From assembly GCF_006345805.1 (NCBI RefSeq), contig NC_043008.1:5580001-5644000 (forward strand): 64,000 nucleotides of DNA, written 5' to 3'. The stretch is from Octopus sinensis (lineage: Eukaryota). Positions 12,063-23,000 of the stretch are shown here, piece by piece. The position numbers were made by a program, and so were the translations under genes. The stretch's first letter is position 1, and the number at the start of each line of letters is the position of its first letter. The notes under the pieces were generated by a model. That model saw only the letters and a list, made by a program, of their open reading frames with translations. It ran no database searches and was not told where the DNA came from.

Positions 12063-12359
12063 TACATTAAGATGTCTGTTCGTCTCTGTACAGTGATGTT
12101 TCTGTAGTTAAAATGCATTGAATTTAAAAGAATAACTTTTATCTTTTACTTCTGCAGCCATTCTGGGGCACACCCTGAAGAATTTTTAGTTGAATGTATC
12201 GGTGCCAGTACTTGCCTGTTAATTATTCTATCAGTCCCTTCAGCCAAACTGCTAAGTTACAGGGACATAAACACACCAGCACCAGTTATCAAGCAGTTTA
12301 GAGGGAACACTCACAGACATAAAGACACACACACACACACACGTAGATATATGCATATA

Positions 12360-12603
12360 TCTTCTTCTTAATCCTTTTTGTCCCTTGTGGAGTAGAGGGC
12401 CTCAACAGTTGTTTTCCACTTTTTGCGGTCATTGGTGTGTTTCTTGGCCCCTTCCCATGTCAGGCCGGTGGTCCTGAGCTCGTCCAAAATGCTCTGCTTC
12501 CATGTCTGCTTCGGGTGTCCTCGCTTCCTTTTCCCCTGCGGGTTCCAGTCAAGTGCTTGTCGTGTCACATTTGAGGGTTCTTTCCACAGTGTCTTTCCGA
12601 TCC
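12360..12603 (-). mobile_element. RTE-type LINE 3' end inserted inside a family A SINE
   Basis: Minus-strand translation WIGKTLWKEPSNVTRQALDWNPQGKRKRGHPKQTW...W..TVEAL, a typical RTE C-terminus, with a short (AAG)n tail. Confidence 0.85.
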
Positions 12604-14450
12604 ATATATGTATATATACCCATATACAATGGTGTTTTTTCACTTTCTTTCTACCACATCCACTCACAAGGCTTTGGTCAGCCTGAGGTTATAGTTGAAG
12701 ACACTTGCTCAAGGTTCTACACAGTGGGACAGAACCCTGAACCATGTGGTTGGGAAGCAAGCTTCTTACCACACAGCCACTCCTGCACCTGTGGTTATTT
12801 CTCATCTCTATCAAAACTATACTCCAGTATTTTAAAAATGTCAATTATTTTTATGTATATTTTCTGTCTTTTATGGATGAAAAATGCTTGAATTCCATCA
12901 GCTGCAGCGCAGGAGAGCAGTATTTTTAAGCAGAGCCTGGTGCACCCTTCTGGCTTGCCAGTCCTCTGTCGAACCATCCAGCCTATGCCTGCATGGAAAG
13001 TGGACCTTAAACGATGACGACGATGATGATGATGCTGATGATACAAGGGAACAAAGACAACCTCTTTGACACCAGCAGCACAATAAATAAAACCATTTCT
13101 TTCACTGGTTAGAAATAGGGATGGTTTCCAGTCATCAGAACCCTACCCCCCCCCCCCACACACACACTATAACAGTCTATGAACATTATCTATATATACG
13201 TGTGTGTGTGTATGTATATCTGTGTTTGGGGGAATGTGTATATTCTTTTACTGTGGCCATGCTGGGGCACAGCCTTTAGTTGAACAAATCTACCCCAGGG
13301 CTTATTCTTTGTAAGCCTAGTACTTATTGTATTGGTCACTTTTGCTGAACCGCTAAGTTACAAGGACGTAAACACACCAACATTGGTTGTCAAGCGATGG
13401 TGAGAGGACAAATACATACATACATACATAAAATGGGCTTCTTTCAGTTTCTGTCTACCAAATCCTCTCACAAGGCTTTGGTCAGCCCGAGGCTATAGCA
13501 GAGGACACTTGGCCAAAGTACCACACAATGTGGTTAGAAAAGAGCAAACAGTAATAAATGGACTTGGCTGAAATGAATTTGATTCTACCACAAATGATAA
13601 AATTAAAACTAAATCTGAGAGAAATATAAAAAAATTATCTTTGCAATTGTTCTAAACAGGAATCCGGTTATGTGAAAAATAAGTGTATGACTAAAAATGT
13701 GATATATAGATGTAAAGTTACATCTTAGGGTAATGAATACTTTTACATCAGTGCAGCATCATTAATTTTCAAGATGAGACTGGCAAATCAGTTGAGTTCA
13801 TTTAGAGATAAATACAAAGGATTCCAAACAAATCTTAGCAGATTTCCACTTTTTTCTTATTTTCATTATCCTAAAATTTTCGTTGCATCTTGCAATCTTT
13901 TCAATAGTTTTGACTCTATTGAAAAGATTACAAGATGCAACAAAAATTTTAGGACAATAAAAATAAGAAAAAAGTGGAAATTTTACCGGTGAGTGTGTTA
14001 CATAATAAGGCACAAAAAGAAAATGACTCTCCCCAGACACAACACACGAACTCATATAAAGAATCTTGCAAACCAAATCCAAAAACGAAATGCATATATA
14101 TATATATATATATATGGAGGGAGGAAATATTTATATTAAATAAAATAATATTAACCATTACTCTTAAAGTAATGCTGGAATGTTAATTATAATTTACACT
14201 TACAATCTACAATTAATTTGAGGTGTTTGTTTTGTAAACTCTCACTATTAGCTAACAAAATGTCCAGGGTCTCACGTAAACAGGGTCTGCAGGCTGCCCA
14301 TTGCCTTTGTGAGGTTCAGCTGAAGCTATCACCAATTAATGTAGGGGTTTATATTCTTAGATTTCAAAATAGAAACATAAGCTACTTCAGGAGCTACAAA
14401 GTGTAAAGCTGATAATCTGGTCAGGCATGAAGGATGAGCCTAATGTTCAC

Positions 14451-14801
14451 AGATCTTTTCGCTTTGACCGGCAGATTTTTAAAATAATTTCTTTGTAACT
14501 AAAAACTTTTATACTTCGTATACTGGTAGAATGTGTTTATAAAACATCTTTTTCTCTTGGCTTTCTTGAGAAAATTCTGTAGTTTGTAAGCTGTTTGTTG
14601 TTTAATTTCTTGCATTTCGGCAATTTCAACCAATCAATGACGTCTATTAAACAACAAATAGCTTACAAACTACAGAATTTTCTCAAGAAAACCAAGAGAA
14701 AAATATATTTTATAAACACATTCTACCAGTATACGAAGTATAAAAGTTTTTAGTTACAAAGAAAATATTTAAAAAATCTGCCGGTCAAAGTGAAAAGATC
14801 C
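14451..14801. mobile_element. MITE with ~150-bp terminal inverted repeats
   Basis: GATCTTTTCGCTTTGACCGGCAG...CTGCCGGTCAAAGTGAAAAGATC. A longer relative lies at 46541-47653. Confidence 0.8.
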
Positions 14802-14999
14802 AATAAAACTATGGATGTTACTGACTGACGAAAGCGAGAGTGGAGACATTGAGCCAATGATTGTTGTTTTTCATTTAATCTTTAGTATTAGATATTTTTT
14901 CCAAACACCTGGGACCTTATATTCACATAAGAAATCCTATATTCCCAAATCCATATGTCTCTCACGAAAAGACATTCAGCTGATAACCCTGAGTGACGG

Positions 15000-15080
15000 A
15001 CTTCGTAGCTCGCCTCGTGTGTAACGCAACATTCCCACAAAACTATTTTGATTTTACCGCTCAGCTCCGGACTCTTTGAT
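15000..15080 (+). promoter_or_regulatory. Possible promoter and non-coding first exon of BUB3
   Basis: CpG-richer non-repeat stretch ending at a GTAAGT donor (15081). BUB3 has an acceptor at 17370 just upstream of its ATG, so an upstream UTR exon is expected. Confidence 0.3.
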
Positions 15081-15516
15081 GTAAGTTAATTATTTCCGTT
15101 TCTTAATCAAAATTAATTAACTTTTTGCAGTTTAAGTGTATTAACAGGATTTAAGTGTATCAACATAAATCATAATTCCATTTAATAAGCTTTTTATTTC
15201 CTTTCTTTTGAGACTTTTACGAAGAATCCGACCTCCTCTGGTCTCAGGTTCCTCTCAAAAACCATTTCCAGGTCTGGAGACGTCGAATTCTTCAATGATT
15301 TCAGTTTTAAATCATGGAAACGGTTAAAAAAAATGAATTGGGAATTGGTTCGGGACTAAAGATCTGTTTTCCAAATTGAAAATTCGTTTCGAAATTGTTT
15401 ATTTAAAGGAAAAGCGCCGAACCTTCTTTGAGACGGAATCACTGAAGACAGAATAAATTTTGATCTGATTTGAAAGGAATTCCTTGTTTGAGGTGGTGAT
15501 CGATATTGAAAATGCC

Positions 15517-15735
15517 GGTACTACTCGAGAACAGTGGTCCTGGTGCGCGCAGTCGCGCATCCGCACTAGCTAGTCGTGACTAGTCGATCCTACAACGACT
15601 GACTACCCAGCAAAGTAAATAAAACACAAAATAAATAATTTTTATTAAACAAAGTAAATAAAACACAAAAACACAGCTAGGATCGACTAGCTAGCGCGAG
15701 TGCGCGCACCGGGACCACTGTTCTCAAGTAGTACC
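15517..15735. mobile_element. Merlin-family MITE
   Basis: TIRs GGTACTACTCGAGAACAGTGGTCC / GGACCACTGTTCTCAAGTAGTACC, shared with the transposase-bearing copy at 53118-54269. Confidence 0.85.
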
Positions 15736-16024
15736 TCGAAATTGTTTATTTAAGAAAAAGCGCCGAACCTTCTTTGAGACGGAATCACTGAGGACAGAAT
15801 AAATTTTGATCTGATTTCAAAGGAATTCCTTGCTTGAGGTTGGTGATCGATATTGAAAATGCCATAGGTTATTGTTTATATGCTGCTGGAATTATCGAAG
15901 AATTAAACAAAATCCTTTCTTCTTTGGTTCTTGCATTCCTTGTTGATCCGATCTGATGGTTGGCGGCAATTTACTAGAAACAATCTGTTTTGTGGAAGGT
16001 GTTTATAAGCCATTTAAGAAACTC

Positions 16025-16262
16025 ACTGGTTTCCTTGGCGTATAGGTTCCCCACCTGGACGCCGGTCTGTCGCAGGTGAGCTGCAAGATGCAGGAGGAAA
16101 GAGTGAGAGTTGTGGCGAAAGAGTCAGCAGAAGTTCGCCATTACCTTCTGCCGTGTGGAGCTTAGGTGTTTCGCTCATAAACACACATCGCCCGGTCTGA
16201 GATTCGAACCTGCATTCCCTCGACCGCGAGTCCGCTACTCTAACCACTAGTCCATGTACCTC
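16025..16262 (-). mobile_element. tRNA-derived SINE family D
   Basis: Reverse complement matches 62198-62510 and 63881-64000. A/B-box-like head TGGCCTAGTGGTTAG...GTTCGAATC. Confidence 0.85.
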
Positions 16263-16384
16263 CACACACACACACCACACCACACATACATCTTATCAAA
16301 GGTAGCTTAGAAGTGGTTCTTCATTGAGTGTGCAGATATACATTAAGACAGATAATGAACAAAAAAGACAGGTAATTGTTCAGT

Positions 16385-16860
16385 TTAATGATATAAAAAA
16401 GGAAATAAAATTAAGGGGGAGGAGATAAGTAGTAAAAGAAGCCGCTTTTTATACAACATAAAAACTGGTGGTCGCCGCCAGAAAGTGAACAAATGTCTTT
16501 TTTTCCTCAGTAGAAGTACAACAGAGAAACAATTCGTCTGATGTCCCAAACTGTCGTCTCAACTTCCGTGTCATCCACATATTTTCCACATTTTGGGTCT
16601 GGTTGTCTTGATCATGAGGATCAACAAAATATTGGTGTATAACCACCTCCTGCATGTAGACACCACCGTTGAGGATAGCGATGTTATTATATGCTCGCCA
16701 TCCATCGCTGACTATGACCCTGGCAAAATCCACCTTTGTATTAATTAGCTCAGGTAAAGTTTCTTCTGCGCGATCAGGTACTTCTACCTAAAAACACTTT
16801 CTTGGCCATCGAATACCCAGTGTCCCTTTGCGTCTTTTTCTACTTATTTATCCATAATTT
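16385..16860 (-). mobile_element. Merlin/IS1595-like transposase remnant (second family)
   Basis: Translations KGHWVFDG, IVSDGWRAY and FVDPHDQDNQTQNVENMW...KLRRQFGTS. A related remnant lies at about 50020-50400. Confidence 0.8.
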
Positions 16861-17387
16861 TGGATCAGATCCTGGCAGCGACACTAGCTAGAAGCAGGAT
16901 AATAATCTAATTCTACACTTTATCACATTCAAGAATTAAACACAACATACGTGGAGTGAAAAAGAAACACCACCTTTCACCAGCACTGCGCAAACCACAG
17001 TGCTCTCTCTCTCCCTAGCATGAAGCTTCCTGTCTCGCACATATGAGCATGCGCACAACAGCCAAACACCACGTCGTTGGAACTGTGAAGCACACAGTTC
17101 TATACAAGGATTTTTGTATTTTTTTCATAAACTAGGGGATGGCTACTGACATTAAACTTCAGGATTATATAATGTACAAGTTTAAAGAAAAAAGGACTCA
17201 TTATATTGAATGTTATCGATAATATCAAGTGGAAATAGGGGGTGCTGCAGTTCCCCAGAGCCTACACACAAGCTACCATTGCTGAAATATCAAGACTTGG
17301 CATAGTGGTATGTTTTTTTTTTCGTTTTGAAATCTTAAATATTTCTTGTTTTTTTAATTTGTCTTTTCAGATATCCTGATATTCACT

Positions 17388-20003
17388 ATGTCAGATCAAG
17401 TCATTGAGTTTAAGTTGAAGAATCCACCGACCGATGGAATTTCAGCTGTGAAATTTGGACCCAATTCTAACCAGTTTTTACTTGTGTCATCATGGGACAG
17501 CAGTGTACGTCTCTACGATGTTATTAGCAACAATATGAGGATGATGTACAACCACAGTTGTGCTGTTTTGGATTGTTGCTTCCATGTGAGTAAAACTTTA
17601 ATTCAGTATTTGTTTTCTTTTGTTTTTGTGTATGAAATTTATACTTGACCCTTTCCAAGGGTCATTGTGGTTATATTCTGTGCCCCCTTAATTAATAGGT
17701 GATCAGGTGCCTGGTTGGTTTCTTGAAGTTAGTGATGTTGACCATCTGGTCATTTGCATCAAAGAACTCAAAGATCCTTGTTTCCTTGTTGTTTCTAGGA
17801 CCAACGCTGTAACCTCCATGTACAAAAAGGCTTGGTTAGAGGCCCAAATTTCTGAGTTCTTTTACAGGGCTTAGAAAAACTGAAGGACCACTGCAAGAAG
17901 TGTGTGAATCTGAGAGGGGAATATGTTGAATAAAATCATAACTGATCCTCCTATATTTTCTTCTTTTATCCGAAACCAGGAACTTTTCGGTACCTGCTAG
18001 TACATCACGGAGTTCACTGGGTTGCTGCTCAGCATACTTGTTTAAGGCCACCAGCCACAAAGATAAGGTCATTGTTGTGTATCAAGGTAATCTGCAAAAG
18101 GACTTCATAGAATCGGTCCTTTTGTTCATCTACAAGTCCTGTTTAAGGAGCATGAATGTTGCTGCTGTTTTTTCTATCTCAATCCCCTTATTTATCCATT
18201 TCTCAGCCTTTCATCATCCTTACAAGGTCTCACTTGACTTTGTTCGCACCTAACGCTTCACCCAAGCCTTCCTCCCCTGAATAAACGTCTCTGAAATACT
18301 CTCTCCACTAAGTTTTTCCTAAAGATGTTTGGTATGAACATCTCCATAAACGTTACTCGATTGGGGAAGATTTGTTGTAAGGAAATGGTCAGGTCAGCCT
18401 CCAGGAAATATATTTAATTAATACTTAAACATTACTTTAATTCAAAACACTATGAATAAATTAGCATGATGATGATGATACTTTTAACAGAATGCTAACG
18501 GGTTAATTAAGTATGTAGGTGTTAATTATTTCCATCTTTACCTAACAACTAATCTATTTAAAGAAACGACAGTTGCCGTCAATTTGACTTTGTTGCCTTA
18601 TTTCTATTATTTTTCTTCCAGGATTCCGTACATGTCTACAGCGGTGGCATTGACGACACTTTGAAGTCATACGACTTCAATGCCAATGTAGGTGTGTATT
18701 TTTTCAGGTAATCTTTGGTATTTTAGAGTTGTTGAGTATTTGAGAAAATAAAGTCAAGCCATCATCATCATCACCATTAACATCATCCTTAACGTCTGTT
18801 TTCTGTGCTGGCATGGGTTGGACAGTTTGATGCCTTTCCTAATGCCAACCACTTTTCAGTATACTCTTTACTCTTTTTTTACTTGTTTCAGTCATTTTGA
18901 CTGCAGCCATGCTGGAGCACCGCCTTTAGTCAAGCAAATCGACCCCCGGAACTTATTCTTTGTAAGCCCGGTACTTATTCTATTGGCCTCTTTTGCCGAA
19001 CCGCTAAGTGACGGAGACGTAAACACACCAGCATCGGTTGTCAAGCAATGCTAGGGGGACAAACACAGACACACAAACACACACGCACACATCATATATA
19101 CGACAGGCTTCTTTCAGTTTCCGTCTACCAAATCCACTCACAAGGCATTGGTCGGCCCGGAGCTATAGCAGAAGACACTTGCCCAAGATGCCACGCAGTG
19201 GGACTGAACCTGGAACCATGTGGTTGGTTAGCAAGCTACTTACCACACAGCCACTCCTGTGCCTATGTAAATAAGAACAAAATATCTTTGGTGCATGGTA
19301 GATGTAGCAAGCTGTGAATGGATTTGCAAATAACCCCTAATTTTCAGTCAGTGATATGAAGTAGATTTATCAAATTTTCTTCTTCCTTTCTTTTAGAGAC
19401 TACTGTCGGTAAACATGATGCACCAATCCGTTGTGTAGAGTATTGTTCGAGTGTGAATGTTATTGTGACTGGAAGCTGGGATCACAGCGTCAAACTGTGG
19501 GATCCCCGATCTCCGTGCAGTTCTGGAGGACTCGCCCAACCAGATAAAGTAAGTCCATTTTGCTTCCCTTTGGACCCTGTTGTTAAACTATTGGTAAAAA
19601 GTCAAGGTTTATTTACTATTAACACTTTAGCATTTAAACTGGTCATCTCTGGCCTAAATATTCTACTGGTTTCATGTTCAAACTGGCCAGATTCTGCCTC
19701 TCACACTAACCCTACAATGTCATTCTAAAAATAAACAATCAAGTTATCGAAATCTTGAAGCTAGGGGATAATCCATGATTAATCCAAAGCAGTGTAAATA
19801 AATAAACATAGTTGAGAGAGTAATCTGAATGCTAAAAGGATTACTCTCTCTTTACTCTTTTACTTGTTTCAGTCATTTGACTGCGGCCATGCTGGAGCAC
19901 TGCCTTTAGTCGAGCAAATCGACCCCAGGACTTATTCTTTGTAAGCCTAGTACTGTTCTATTGGTCTCTTTTGCCGAACTGCTAAGTTATGGGGACATAA
20001 ACA

Positions 20004-20041
<38 letters not shown>

Positions 20042-23000
20042 CGGGCTTCTTTCAGTTTCCGTCTGCTAAATCCACTCACAAGGCTTTGGTCGGCCAGAGG
20101 CTATAGTAGAAGACAGTTGCCCAGGGTGCTACGCAGTGGGACTGAACCCAGAACCATGTGGTTGGTAAGCAAGCTACTTACCACACGGCCGACACAGGAG
20201 AGTGTGGGAGAAAGTGGAAGAGGTCAGTTACAAATCAGAGAGAAACAAAGAAATGATGGGCTAAACTGGAGATTTGGAGTTAAGAGAATTTTTACTGCTC
20301 TGCATGCAGATTTGAATCCACTTGTAAGTCAGGGGGTGGTGGGGGTAGAGACTTCAATTTTGTGAATTTTATTAGATTTTTTTATATCAGTTTTATTGAA
20401 TACTAGCTTAAAAGCCGTACTCCGTGCTGACTTTTAAGCTAGCTCCTGTAGAGGGCTAATTGGGCCTGAAGCCCAAAACTAGAGAGAGCAATAATGACAA
20501 AGCATTTATTGGTACCTTACCAATATTGTATAACCCCCACCAATGTGGTATGACTTTAAATTCAGTTTTAATGAAAATCTTTAAAGTTAACAAATTTTTG
20601 GAGTTCTTTTAAAATTGGAATTTTCAACTGTTAGCATCTAACAAATCCCCATCAAGACCCAATCCCAATGTTGGATGTTCAAGAACCAAATGAAGGGCAG
20701 ATTTTCAATCTTGGTTTCATCCTGATTCCTGATCATCATCATCATCATTTAGCATCCACTTTCCATGTTAGCATGTGTTGGACGGTTCAACTGGGGTCTG
20801 GGAAGCCGGAAGGCTGCACCAGGCCCAGTCTGATCTGGCAATGTTTCTACAGCTGGATGCCCTTCCTAATGCCAACCACTCCGTGAGTGTAGTGGGTGCC
20901 TTTTACGTGCCACTGGCACAGGTGCCAGATGGGGCTGGCAAACGGCCACGGACAGATGGTGCTTTTTACGTGCCACCGTAGAGCAAATGTAGATTAAGAT
21001 ACTGGGGCTCCGGACAGACAGAATTTTGCATTTATTATTATAGGTAATAATAATAAGACTATTGAAAAGGTTGCAAGATGCAACGAACATTTTAGGAGAA
21101 TAAAAACAAGAAATAAGTGGAAATTTTACCGATGAGTGTGTTACATTATAAGGCACAAAAGAGAATGACTCTCCCCAGACACAACAAAATATTATGGGTA
21201 AGTTCTTTATTCATTTTTCCAGTTCCGTACAGTTATGTGTTTTGTACATTGCCTTTTTTAGGTGTATACCTTAGCTGTGTGCGGTGACAGATTGGTCGTT
21301 GGCACTGCTGGAAGAAGAGTTTTGGTATGGGATTTACGAAACATAGGCTATGTCCAGCAGAGAAGAGAGTCGAGTTTAAAATTCCAGACTCGATGTATAA
21401 GATGTTTCCCAAACAAACAAGGATATGTTCTGAGTTCAATTGAAGGTGGGTGATTTTCTTCCTTTTATCATTTACATATGAGGGGTTGCAGAAAAGTTCT
21501 TGGTTTTGGGGTAAAAGAAAATACAGGAGAATTGTAATGATTTTCTTTTGGTTTCTTGGTAGAAACAAATTGGAAATAACACTCACTGACCAAAGACAAG
21601 AAATAATGGTGTTACACTGTGTTATTGGTCCACCCTTATTTTAAAACTTTTGCTATTGAGTCAAGTGCATCAAAATCAAAATCGAATCAAACCACAATCA
21701 AATAGAAATTGTAATTGTGGCTGATGCCAGTGCTGCCTGACTGGCTCTTATGCTGGTGGCACGCAATAAGCACCATTCATGCGTTGGTTGTTGCCAGTGT
21801 CGCTTGACTGGCTCCCTGTGCCGGTCTGGTAGCAAGTAAAATGCACCATCCAAACCTGGTCAATGCCAGCCCCCTCACTCTGACTGGCTCCTGTGCCGGT
21901 GGTACATAAAATGTACCATCCAAACATGACTGATGCCAGAGCTGTCTAACTGGCTCCCATGCACATAAAAAGCACCATCCGAACATTGTCGATGCCAGCC
22001 CCATCGCCCCGTCTGGCCCCACTACACTTGAAGTGGTTGCCGTTAGGAAGGGTATCCAGCTGTAGAAACACTGTCAGATCAGATTGGAGCCTGGTGCGGC
22101 CTCCTGGCTTGCCAGACCCCAGTCAAACTGTCCAATCCATGCCAGCATGGAAAACGGACGTTAAACGATGATGATGATGCTTTATTTCATTTTTTGATTT
22201 TAGGTCGAGTTGCTGTTGAATACCTTGATCCCAGTCCTGAAGTGCAAAAGAAGAAATATGCTTTCAAATGTCATCGGATCAAAGAAAACGGTGTTGAGAA
22301 GATCTATCCAGTGAATTCCATTGCTTTCCACAATACTCACAACACATTTGCCACAGGTGGTTCTGACGGGTTTGTAAATATATGGGACGGCTTCAACAAG
22401 AAAAGACTCTGTCAGTTCCATAAGTAAGTCAATACAAAGTGTTTTTTTTTTTGAGATATCACTGTTAATAAACTTTAGAATTGTTAGTTTGGTTACTCAG
22501 GTGCAAAACCTGTTGTGACAGATGGAAAAGACAAATTGGCAAATATGTTTATTGGTTGATATTTTTTATCTGAATTTCAAGGAACCTCTTTTTATGTATG
22601 GCTGTGTGGTAAGAAACTGGATTCCCAACCACATGGCTCTGGGTTCAGTCCCACTGCATGACACCTTGAGCAAATGTCTTCTACTATAGCCTTGAGCCAG
22701 CCAAAGCCTTATGAGTGGATTTGGTCGATGGAAACTGAAAGAAGCCTATTGTATGTCTTTGTGTCTGTCCTGCACCACTACCATTTGACAAATGGTATCA
22801 GTGTGTTTTGGCGGCGTGCTGGCAGAAGCGTTAGCACGCCGGGTGAAATGCTTAGTGGTATTTCGTCTGCTGTTACGTTCTGAGTTCAAATTCCACCGAG
22901 GTTGACTTTGCCTTTCATCCTTTCGGGGTCGATAAATTAAGTACCAGTTACGCACTGGGGTCGATGTAATCGACTTAATCCCTTTGTCTGTCCTTGTTTG

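Noticed and set aside
15440-15490. CTGAAGA...GAAA inside the 128-bp duplication as a hammerhead
   Set aside because: The CAGA/TCTG stem is separated from GAAA by 4 nt, and no helix III or stem I fits.
20403-20442. 12-bp inverted repeat CTAGCTTAAAAG / CTTTTAAGCTAG as a Helitron end
   Set aside because: No matching 5' TC end or second copy was found.
21660-22020. Regularly spaced repeats as a CRISPR-like array
   Set aside because: The units are degenerate tandem copies within a SINE, with no unique spacers, in eukaryotic DNA.
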